A stretch of DNA of 6,000 nt from a virus (taxonomy: Duplodnaviria; Heunggongvirae; Uroviricota; Caudoviricetes): IMG/VR virus record IMGVR_UViG_2778261058_000017, positions 1 to 6,000 of that record; one strand, written 5' to 3'. Each line of letters starts with the position of its first letter. Position 1 is the stretch's first letter. Below are positions 1-5,552 of this stretch, one piece after another. The notes under the pieces are model-generated. The model saw only the letters and a program-made list of their open reading frames with translations, had not been told where the DNA came from and ran no database searches. Made by a program: the position numbers and the translations under genes.

Positions 1-235
1 AACACCCTCAGACATTATCAATTTTAGATATAGTATGTCCTTGGCGTAGATTTCTCAAGAGTGTAAACAAGGGGGGAGACTTATGCTGGAAACTTGGGAA
101 AAAGCGACTGTTATTTTGTTCAGTAAACACCATGTAAACACACTGCCAACTGGCAACCATTCAATACTCACACCATCGAACGGACTTCAGCTGACCGCGA
201 CCTGTTTCTTCATTCTCGGATAGCGGCATTCATCT

Positions 236-823
236 TTATGCTGGTTTTGCTGGCCAAGTGATGTCAGGTGCTTTCGATGTATCGACCTCCTGAAGTGCTT
301 TAATGTACCAAATCCACGCAATCAGACTCGTCTTATCTTCGTCGCTAATGATTCCCAATTGCAGTTCAGTTGTCCAGAAACTGATCTTTTCCTTAGCTTT
401 TACCAATAGAATAGCTTTTTGCTTATCAGCCACTTCAACATCAGCTGCATACTTAGCATTTGGGTCTGATACCCACTTTTTCCCATCCCATTTCTGGAAC
501 GGATCAGAAGGAGCAATATTGGTATAGCCATTATTAATAGGACCAATATAGTCGATAGTATGAGGCATACCGTCAGTAGTTGAATAAACTGTCTTACCTC
601 GATGGTCTTCTTTCAAGACCCATCCTCCATTTTCGAATACAGCAACCTTTCCTGTTAGTTCATTACCCGGATCAATATCGGTAGAATTACCCGGCATACT
701 GACGCCAATATTAATATATTCGTCTGACCATCCTATATATTCAAAAGTTACTATATCGTAGTAATAGCAGCGGATTTCACCCGGTTCCGTTGCCAGTCCA
801 TTTTCATCAAAAACAGGTTTCAT
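236..823 (-). CDS. Phage tail fibre assembly protein (lambda Tfa family)
   Basis: 195-aa ORF. Translation carries blocks I recall from lambda Tfa: EDHRGKTVY, YQKWNG-type FQKWDGKKWV, and C-terminal VDTSKAPDITWPAKP (lambda: VDTSTAPDIEWP). Start ATG 821-823 overlaps the stop of the upstream tail-fibre ORF (TAATG), the usual tail fibre to tfa coupling. Confidence 0.88.
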   Translation of the reverse strand: MKPVFDENGLATEPGEIRCYYYDIVTFEYIGWSDEYINIGVSMPGNSTDIDPGNELTGKVAVFENGGWVLKEDHRGKTVYSTTDGMPHTIDYIGPINNGYTNIAPSDPFQKWDGKKWVSDPNAKYAADVEVADKQKAILLVKAKEKISFWTTELQLGIISDEDKTSLIAWIWYIKALQEVDTSKAPDITWPAKPA

Positions 824-1635
824 TATTTAGCCCTTACTAAAAAGTTAAATGTGATATTGCGGGGACGTGTTTCGTTGCCTCCAGGATTTTGGAATGCAGG
901 TAAAGCTCCCCCTATCGGCTGACTGATTCCGTTGGTATATAAAGGAGCTGCATTCGATATTGTACCAAACACTACATTGCTACCATTTCCGCTTGTCCCT
1001 AAAAATTTATGCTCATGCATTTTGAAGTCATCTGCTTGTGCAGAAAGTAAGGTTCGCCCTCTATCCACCCCGCGCCCATCATCCCAGATACGAATAAAAT
1101 CACCCCGTGCGTCAGGTAATGCTAGCGCCGGAAACACTTTCGCCAGCACAGGGTAATCAGTGGCAGAGAATTTCGCGCCGTTGAACTTCAAAAACACCAT
1201 ACTGGACCAACTGTCGATTACAGTATTTGGCATTGCGGCGGACGGCCAGAAGAACGGAACACCAATAGCTGGAGCACCTTCTCCCAAACCAAGATTTTCG
1301 AGAGCCGTTTTCACCGTGCCATCCGATTTGATATCACCAAACGGATTCTTGCGGCTTAACAGCAGCGCGCGAAGTGCGGTACCAAAGGCAGCACCTTTTA
1401 GCTCCGCAAGACGTTCTGACCAGTCATGCGCCAGCGCGTTGTCTTCCGCCGTGTAATACGCAGCACATTTGGCGTTATCACCGTCAGTGAACAGATCCAG
1501 AACAAACGGGCCAAACAGGGTGTTAATTCCCCAGAAAATGTTATCCGGCGTGCGCCACTGATCGCCCACTTCCTTCAGTTCATGGGCTGGTTTGTTCCGC
1601 AGTTCGACCAGCGCCTGGCAATATTTATTACTCAT
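823..1635 (-). CDS. Chimeric ORF: N-terminal fragment of phage Dam-like N6-adenine methyltransferase (about aa 1-85) fused in frame to a phage tail-fibre C-terminal domain
   Basis: Likely start is ATG 1633-1635 (MSNKYCQ...), overlapping the stop of the upstream gene as TAATG, with a GGGGG Shine-Dalgarno-like run upstream; the GTG at 1668 in the ORF track is probably an over-extension. N-terminus has the W-x-TP ... NAK ... Y-T-x-ED ... W pattern of phage Dam-family methyltransferases but breaks off at GAAFG, exactly where the catalytic NPPY motif would follow. The remainder ends in [19 protein letters not shown], resembling the conserved C-terminus of P2/Mu/lambdoid tail fibres, and is coupled to the downstream tfa. 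Family assignments are from recalled motifs. Confidence 0.72.
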   Translation of the reverse strand: MSNKYCQALVELRNKPAHELKEVGDQWRTPDNIFWGINTLFGPFVLDLFTDGDNAKCAAYYTAEDNALAHDWSERLAELKGAAFGTALRALLLSRKNPFGDIKSDGTVKTALENLGLGEGAPAIGVPFFWPSAAMPNTVIDSWSSMVFLKFNGAKFSATDYPVLAKVFPALALPDARGDFIRIWDDGRGVDRGRTLLSAQADDFKMHEHKFLGTSGNGSNVVFGTISNAAPLYTNGISQPIGGALPAFQNPGGNETRPRNITFNFLVRAK

Positions 1636-2123
1636 TAAGCCCCCACGTAATTCCCTGACAGATACCACTCATCACCCGGTACAGCGCGCTTGCTGCTTTT
1701 CCGTAAACACCGCTCACGACGCGCAAGAAAATTGTTTCGCTCTGGCTGGGAGTGGCTTTCACGGAATGCCGCCATCCACACCGTTGCAGCACGACGGTAT
1801 AAGCCCCTGGACTCCAGTTCTTCCGCCTGGCGGGTCAGGCACAAAATCACCCGCGGGTCGTTAGTGCCGACATAGAAATTGCGCACAGGTCTGGTTTCAC
1901 GAACTGGTTGTGGTTCCGGCTCCTGCGCTCTCTCAGTCAGGCGCGGGAAATGTCTGCGTGTATCTCCTTCACAACGGTGAGCCACACGCCCACTCTGACG
2001 TAACTTGCTTGCTGACTGCAGAACGCGCTGCCGTGAGTAACCTGCAAAAGCATCCGCAATGTCTCCGGAAGTACAGCCCGGATGGGCTTCAATGAATTTC
2101 TGAACGTCATTCAAAAGACTCAT
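1635..2123 (-). CDS. PerC/ANR-like domain protein (putative transcriptional regulator), prophage-encoded
   Basis: Open frame of 162 aa from ATG 2121-2123 (or 164 aa from the GTG at 2127-2129, which overlaps the O-like stop as GTGA). The C-terminal segment [21 protein letters not shown]...ARRERCL matches the recalled PerC/Pch/ANR signature (E-x-R-G-L-W/Y-R-R-A-A ... R-x-x-C). The N-terminal 60 aa could be a small helical DNA-binding domain. Stop overlaps the next start (TAATG). Confidence 0.65.
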   Translation of the reverse strand: MSLLNDVQKFIEAHPGCTSGDIADAFAGYSRQRVLQSASKLRQSGRVAHRCEGDTRRHFPRLTERAQEPEPQPVRETRPVRNFYVGTNDPRVILCLTRQAEELESRGLYRRAATVWMAAFRESHSQPERNNFLARRERCLRKSSKRAVPGDEWYLSGNYVGA

Positions 2124-2125
2124 GC

Positions 2126-3067
2126 TCACCCCCTGAATCCTGCCGGGATCTGGCTGTAGTCCACGTTGTCGTAACTGGCTTTGAAGTACGGGTCCTCGCG
2201 TTTTTCGGTGTACGTGCTGACGGACGGCGATAAGCGCAGGGAAAGCTCATCCCATTTTTCCCGCAGCTTCGACGGGCTGAGCACGTTACGGCACCAGAAC
2301 GGATCGCGACTGACGCGGCTGTACATCTCGCAGATTTGTTTATGAGTACGACCATCCTGCACACACATCAGGCGAATTTCGTTTGCCCAGGCTGTCCAGT
2401 TCGGTTCTTTGGGACGAACCACCTCGCCGTCACATTCGGCGGCATGCTCGTACAGGGCGATGATTTTTTTCCAGAGCCACTGTGCGCAGGTCAAATCATC
2501 CTGCGTCCCCCACTGGCGCTTTTTAGGGCTGAATACAACCGCATCAGGATGGCGAGTTAAAAAATCCTGTTCAGCCTTCTGCGTGTCCGGTTGCGAAGCG
2601 TCCGGACGAGAAGTTTTTTTATCTGACGGATCATGTTTTGATTTTACTGACGGATCCCCGCCAGATTCTGACGGGTGAAAACCCGCTTTTTTGCCAGATT
2701 TCGACGCATCAAATTTTGACGGGTCAGATTTTGATGCGTCAGATTTTGACGGGTCAGAATCTGACAGTTGAGAAAAAGCCGCAGCCTGAAGCTTCGCAAC
2801 GTTAAGCTGATAAACATTCGACGCATTGCGGTTACCCTGGCGACGCGCCTTACGCGTTAACCAGCCTTCTGCTTCCAGCCGTGCGATAGCCGTTCTGACG
2901 GTACTCATCCCCGCGCCAATCTGGCGGGCAATGGTTTCAATTGATGGCCAGCACACACCTTCGTCATTACTGAAATCAGCCAGGCGTGCCATAATTGCCA
3001 CGCTGGATAATTTCATGCCTGACGCTGCGCAACCATCCCATACATAGCCGGTTAATTTAGTGCTCAT
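2126..3067 (-). CDS. Phage replication initiator (lambda O-like), N-terminal winged-HTH DNA-binding domain, carrying internal iterons
   Basis: 313-aa ORF with ATG at 3065-3067 preceded by GAGG. The N-terminal about 90 aa look like the HTH domain typical of phage/plasmid replication initiators (SSVAIMARLADFSNDEGVCWPSIETIARQIGAGMSTVRTAIARLEAEGWL). The central low-complexity segment SDSDPSKSDASKSDPSKFDASKS is encoded by tandem 15-bp DNA repeats, as in lambda where ori lies inside O. Confidence 0.82.
   Translation of the reverse strand: MSTKLTGYVWDGCAASGMKLSSVAIMARLADFSNDEGVCWPSIETIARQIGAGMSTVRTAIARLEAEGWLTRKARRQGNRNASNVYQLNVAKLQAAAFSQLSDSDPSKSDASKSDPSKFDASKSGKKAGFHPSESGGDPSVKSKHDPSDKKTSRPDASQPDTQKAEQDFLTRHPDAVVFSPKKRQWGTQDDLTCAQWLWKKIIALYEHAAECDGEVVRPKEPNWTAWANEIRLMCVQDGRTHKQICEMYSRVSRDPFWCRNVLSPSKLREKWDELSLRLSPSVSTYTEKREDPYFKASYDNVDYSQIPAGFRG
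2621..2770. repeat. Putative replication origin iterons: about 8 copies of a 15-bp repeat (consensus near AGATTTTGACGGGTC) inside the O-like gene
   Basis: Five contiguous 15-bp units at 2695-2709, 2710-2724, 2725-2739, 2740-2754 and 2755-2769, plus three dispersed copies at 2621-2632, 2641-2656 and 2662-2677, all sharing the core TGACGG (TGATGC/CGACGC variants). DNA-level identity exceeds what the encoded Ser/Asp/Lys linker would need. Confidence 0.6.
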
Positions 3068-3076
3068 GACCGACCT

Positions 3077-3415
3077 CTATTTCCCTGAATTTACGACGAA
3101 ACTGTTCGAGCGGACTGAAGCATTCATGCTCATAGCCTTCGCGGAGGTAGATAACCCGTTGTGTTTCCGGCTCCCAACGAATGACTCTGACGGGTACTCC
3201 GTAGTGATCTTTGAACCAGCGGTTAACTTGTCGCAAAGGACTGTCTCCTTTTGCCGGTTAAAATCACCCACAGCCCACTCTGCAAAGCTGTGGGTTACAA
3301 TTACCCTGCCACCTGGTACATTCACTGCATAGCAATACTCCACCTTCGCTTTTCCACCCGGTACAGGAAGCGCAATCAGTTGCGAGCGACGGTAGTGTGT
3401 TGTTAAACTATTCAT
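3077..3415 (-). CDS. Hypothetical early-region protein, probably disrupted by a frameshift (intact form about 119 aa ending at 3062)
   Basis: 112-aa ORF with ATG 3413-3415 overlapping the upstream stop (ATGA). A second minus-strand frame is open from 3257 to 3062 and encodes a protein-like sequence ([60 protein letters not shown]) whose stop overlaps the O-like start. The two frames can be joined by a 1-nt indel at the T4/A4 homopolymer at 3249-3252. No family recognised. Confidence 0.5.
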   Translation of the reverse strand: MNSLTTHYRRSQLIALPVPGGKAKVEYCYAVNVPGGRVIVTHSFAEWAVGDFNRQKETVLCDKLTAGSKITTEYPSESFVGSRKHNGLSTSAKAMSMNASVRSNSFVVNSGK

Positions 3416-3963
3416 GCGTTAGTTTCTCCACAGTCACGACACGCCACGGCGCCCGGAGCTGCACACTCGCGGGCGTCATTACTTTCTGAAATGCAAAAAA
3501 TTTTGTAGACCAGTGCTGCATGCTCCTGCAGCTTCGAAATTGAGAGGTACAGCTCGTCGTTAATTGCTGTCTTCTCATGCGGTTCCACTACACCGTCTTC
3601 AATTGCTGAACGAATCTGTTTTGAATAACTGCCGATCTGTTCAATGACCTCCAGCAGGCGTTGGTTGATATCGGCGTTGTCCACATCCTCGACATCAGGA
3701 AGAGACACAAAGACGCCATTTGCAGACTGCGCCACAGCGTCAGCAATGAAGTGAGTTCCACCAGCACGTTGCAAAATCATTGCCCATCCCAGCGGGAAAA
3801 TCTGATCGCCATCGGCACGAAGGCGGTTAAATAATGCGTTCTCTGTTACATCCAGCCAGTCAGCAGCTTCAGCGTACCCCCCCGGCAACGCTGCGATAGT
3901 TTTTCTGACAGCTTTCACGTACCACTCAGGCTGTTTTTCTACTTTCCAGTGATGCTTACCCAC
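3412..3963 (-). CDS. Phage regulatory protein in the CII position (resembles the 186-CII/CP76-type family), putative
   Basis: 183-aa ORF with GTG start at 3961-3963 preceded by AGGAGG at 6-nt spacing; overlaps the Cro-like gene by 8 nt. The N-terminal region has an HTH-like segment ([22 protein letters not shown]). Position immediately downstream of cro and size both fit long CII-type regulators. Family call is from recalled features and is tentative. Confidence 0.6.
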   Translation of the reverse strand: MGKHHWKVEKQPEWYVKAVRKTIAALPGGYAEAADWLDVTENALFNRLRADGDQIFPLGWAMILQRAGGTHFIADAVAQSANGVFVSLPDVEDVDNADINQRLLEVIEQIGSYSKQIRSAIEDGVVEPHEKTAINDELYLSISKLQEHAALVYKIFCISESNDARECAAPGAVACRDCGETNA

Positions 3964-4216
3964 GGTTCACCTCCTGTTCCTGTGGTTTAAACCCATTCTG
4001 GTTTTGGCTAGATTGAAAACGTGCCGGATAAAGAATCTGCATTTCGCTGACTTCACCCTTAAAAAAATTGGCTAAACGTTCTGCAAGCTCGATAGATGGA
4101 ATCTGCTCCAGCCTCTCAATACGACTCAACGTCGCTGGATTGACTTGAACACCCGCAGCAACATGCTGCAAAGTGAAACCATGCGCCTTACGCACATTTC
4201 GTAATGGTGATTGCAT
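3956..4216 (-). CDS. Cro-like HTH (XRE-family) transcriptional regulator
   Basis: 86-aa ORF with ATG 4214-4216 preceded by GGAGG (complement of 4222-4226). HTH segment FTLQHVAAGVQVNPATLSRIERLEQIPSIELAERLANFF. Divergent from the CI-like repressor across a 97-bp operator region. Confidence 0.8.
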   Translation of the reverse strand: MQSPLRNVRKAHGFTLQHVAAGVQVNPATLSRIERLEQIPSIELAERLANFFKGEVSEMQILYPARFQSSQNQNGFKPQEQEVNRG

Positions 4217-4313
4217 ATGTCCTCCAAATATTGCGCGTTATGCATGTTATTTCACGCAATTATTTTGCGCAAGTTGATTTGCTTATCACGCAATAAAGAA
4301 ATGTAATAAACGC
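4217..4313. promoter_or_regulatory. Divergent promoter/operator region (OR-like) between the Cro-like and CI-like genes
   Basis: Two similarly built 29-bp sites: TTGCGCG-N15-CACGCAA (4231-4259) and TTGCGCA-N15-CACGCAA (4265-4293), with half-sites 22 bp apart. Candidate leftward promoter: -35 TTGCGC (complement of 4267-4272) and -10 TAACAT (complement of 4244-4249). Candidate promoter for the repressor: -35 TTGCTT 4279-4284 and -10 TGTAAT 4302-4307, ending 6 nt before the ATG, and no Shine-Dalgarno sequence, suggesting a leaderless mRNA as for lambda cI from PRM. Confidence 0.65.
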
Positions 4314-5006
4314 ATGAACATAGGAAACCGAGTCAGACAACTTCGCCAAGCGAAGAACATGAAAATCGCCGATCTCGCTGAAGCAATAGGAGTAGATGCG
4401 GCGAACATCTCGCGCTTAGAAACGGGTAAGCAAAAACAATTTACCGAACAAACACTGAGTAATATTGCCAAGAGCTTAGGTGTTGATATTGCTGATCTCT
4501 TTACCTCTGCCCACAAAAGTAATACTGTATATAAAAACAGTAATAATGAGGATGTTGCGCAGGTGAAGGATGTGTTCCGTATTGAAATGCTGGATATCAG
4601 TGCCAGTGCGGGAAATGGCCTTATCCAGGGCGGTGATGTCATTGATGTGATTCATGCCATCGAATACAGAACTGATAATGCTGTATCAATGTTCGGCGGA
4701 CGACCAGCCAATCACATCAAAGTTATCAACGTTCGTGGGGACAGTATGTGTCCAACCATTGAGCCAGGAGATCTCATCTTCGTTGATGTCAGCATCAATC
4801 AGTTTGATGGTGATGGTATATATGTCTTTGGTTTTGATGACAAAATATACGTTAAAAGACTTCAAATGATTCCTGACAAACTGCTGGTGATTTCTGATAA
4901 CCAGATTTACCGTGAATGGGGAATTACTAGCGAAAACGAACACCGATTCATGGTCTTTGGAAAGGTCTTAATCAGTCAGTCGCAAACCCTTAAGAGACAT
5001 AATTAA
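4314..5006 (+). CDS. CI-like prophage repressor: N-terminal HTH (XRE) plus C-terminal LexA-type S24 peptidase autocleavage domain
   Basis: 230-aa ORF. N-terminal HTH (IADLAEAIGVDAANISRLETG). Putative Ala99-Gly100 cleavage site (SASAGNG). Ser144 in GDSM and Lys181 in YVKRL, with the Ser-Lys spacing of 37 that I recall for LexA. Confidence 0.92.
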   Translation: MNIGNRVRQLRQAKNMKIADLAEAIGVDAANISRLETGKQKQFTEQTLSNIAKSLGVDIADLFTSAHKSNTVYKNSNNEDVAQVKDVFRIEMLDISASAGNGLIQGGDVIDVIHAIEYRTDNAVSMFGGRPANHIKVINVRGDSMCPTIEPGDLIFVDVSINQFDGDGIYVFGFDDKIYVKRLQMIPDKLLVISDNQIYREWGITSENEHRFMVFGKVLISQSQTLKRHN

Positions 5007-5026
5007 CCTCAATATCCCATCCATCG

Positions 5027-5047
5027 GCCACCGAAAGGTGGCTTTTT
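5027..5047 (+). terminator. Rho-independent terminator downstream of the CI-like gene
   Basis: Perfect 6-bp stem GCCACC (5027-5032), loop GAAA, GGTGGC (5037-5042), followed by TTTTT (5043-5047), 20 nt after the repressor stop. Confidence 0.7.
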
Positions 5048-5063
5048 ATTACCTATAAAGTTA

Positions 5064-5097
5064 CATATCTCGCAAATATTACTTGCATATCTCGCAA
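5064..5097. promoter_or_regulatory. Putative secondary (OL-like) operator: direct repeat of CATATCTCGCAA, 22 bp apart
   Basis: Identical 12-mers at 5064-5075 and 5086-5097. The 10-bp core TATCTCGCAA matches the OR half-site TATCACGCAA (4284-4293) at 9 of 10 positions. A possible promoter overlaps (-35 TTGCAT 5083-5088, -10 TATCTT 5106-5111). Confidence 0.4.
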
Positions 5098-5260
5098 TTT
5101 AATTTTATCTTTTGTTCCAGACCAACTACAGGATTACAACAAAATCTGGTTGCAACACGGTGCATGTGTCGTAAGCAGTCAGTAAATGTCAAAAACGAAC
5201 AGGCAGGACGCCCACGAAGTAGCCGCCTGGGGCATATGAAGTCTAGGGTGATTCGTTAGC

Positions 5261-5286
5261 AACAAAAAAGCGCCCTACAGGACGCT
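5261..5286 (-). terminator. Hairpin plus T-run: candidate intrinsic terminator on the minus strand (alternatively a boxB-like hairpin of a plus-strand antitermination site)
   Basis: Stem AGCGCCC (5269-5275), loop TACA, GGACGCT (5280-5286), with one mismatch. On the minus strand it is followed by TTTTTTGTT (complement of 5261-5269). On the plus strand it lies 2 nt upstream of the boxA-like element. Confidence 0.4.
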
Positions 5287-5288
5287 TA

Positions 5289-5301
5289 GCTCTTTAACAA
5301 T
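5289..5301 (+). promoter_or_regulatory. boxA-like element GCTCTTTAACAAT (NusB/NusE-binding type antitermination signal)
   Basis: 13-nt run matching the recalled E. coli rrn leader boxA (TGCTCTTTAACAATTTATCA) and the boxA consensus GCTCTT(T)A. It sits in the plus-strand leader about 45 nt upstream of the small ORF at 5346, i.e. in the position of nutL relative to cI in lambda. Confidence 0.5.
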
Positions 5302-5345
5302 CTGGTCCCCATCAACAAGTAACTGATAACTTGAGGAGGTGTGAA

Positions 5346-5552
5346 ATGCACAAAACAGAACCCAAAATCGTCGCGCCCGGATACACAAATGAGGAAATTT
5401 ACGAGTGGATGGCAAAGAAGCTGGCAGCTATAAACCAGCTTCGTGAAGTGCTGTCTTATCGACAGGAAACAATAGACTCCTTAAAAAAACTGGATCAGGA
5501 AATCACGGTTTTATCACAGGATGTTACTTTAGATATTGTGCAGACAAATTAG
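5346..5552 (+). CDS. Small hypothetical protein (68 aa), predicted helical; first gene downstream of the cI-distal operator/boxA leader
   Basis: ATG at 5346 preceded by a strong GAGGAGG (5333-5339) at 6-nt spacing; the TTG at 5331 in the ORF track is unlikely to be the start. Not Arg-rich, so not an N-like antiterminator. Its 3' end overlaps the convergent minus-strand gene by 29 nt. Confidence 0.55.
   Translation: MHKTEPKIVAPGYTNEEIYEWMAKKLAAINQLREVLSYRQETIDSLKKLDQEITVLSQDVTLDIVQTN

Noticed and set aside
83-223. 46-aa plus-strand ORF with a GGGGGAG motif upstream
   Set aside because: Too short and with no recognisable features; it could be chance in a non-coding region, though the RBS-like motif means it cannot be fully excluded.
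1-235. Invertase (Gin/Pin-type) crossover sites flanking the tail-fibre and tfa genes
   Set aside because: Only a weak resemblance (TGTAAAC...GG) to recalled gix-type sites, no inverted partner within the tail-fibre gene, and no invertase gene in the window.
303-527. Plus-strand ORFs from the six-frame track (303-527, 932-1156, 1160-1456, 1426-1638, 1592-1864, 1690-1875, 1910-2095, 2336-2560, 2409-2678, 2826-3047, 3060-3332)
   Set aside because: All lie antisense to, and fully inside, well-supported minus-strand genes. They have no RBS or coupling signals and their translations are low-complexity or Ser/Ala/Arg-rich, typical of antisense frames of GC-balanced genes.
1636-1668. N-terminal extension of the chimeric ORF from the GTG at 1668 ([11 protein letters not shown]...)
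   Set aside because: The ATG at 1633-1635 overlaps the upstream stop as TAATG and has a G-rich Shine-Dalgarno-like run; the extension would overlap the upstream gene by 34 nt with no support.
2107-2364. 85-aa minus-strand ORF overlapping the 3' end of the O-like gene in another frame
   Set aside because: Alternative frame of the O-like gene with an Arg/Thr-rich translation and no independent start signals.
2560-2625. AT-rich DNA-unwinding element adjacent to the iterons
   Set aside because: The flank is only moderately AT-rich (short A and T runs at 2559-2564 and 2613-2620), not convincing without a computed profile.
2695-2769. Possible CRISPR array
   Set aside because: The 15-bp units are contiguous with no spacers, far shorter than CRISPR repeats, and sit in frame inside a coding sequence; they fit iterons.
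2644-2826. 60-aa minus-strand ORF with a repetitive TRQNLT translation
   Set aside because: It is simply the iteron repeats read in a second frame; the O-like frame is the one with proper start, stop and coupling.
4286-5006. Internal ORFs within or antisense to the repressor gene (4286-4642 minus, 4654-4869 plus, 4686-4943 minus)
   Set aside because: They overlap the strongly supported repressor CDS, are AT-rich low-complexity translations, and lack start signals.
5331-5345. TTG start at 5331 for the small plus-strand ORF
   Set aside because: The TTG-initiated reading would place the GAGGAGG motif inside the coding sequence; ATG 5346 with that motif 6 nt upstream is the better start.
5346-5552. 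Calling the 68-aa protein a lambda N-like antiterminator because of its position after a nut-like element
   Set aside because: It has no arginine-rich motif and is acidic or neutral and helical; position alone is not enough.
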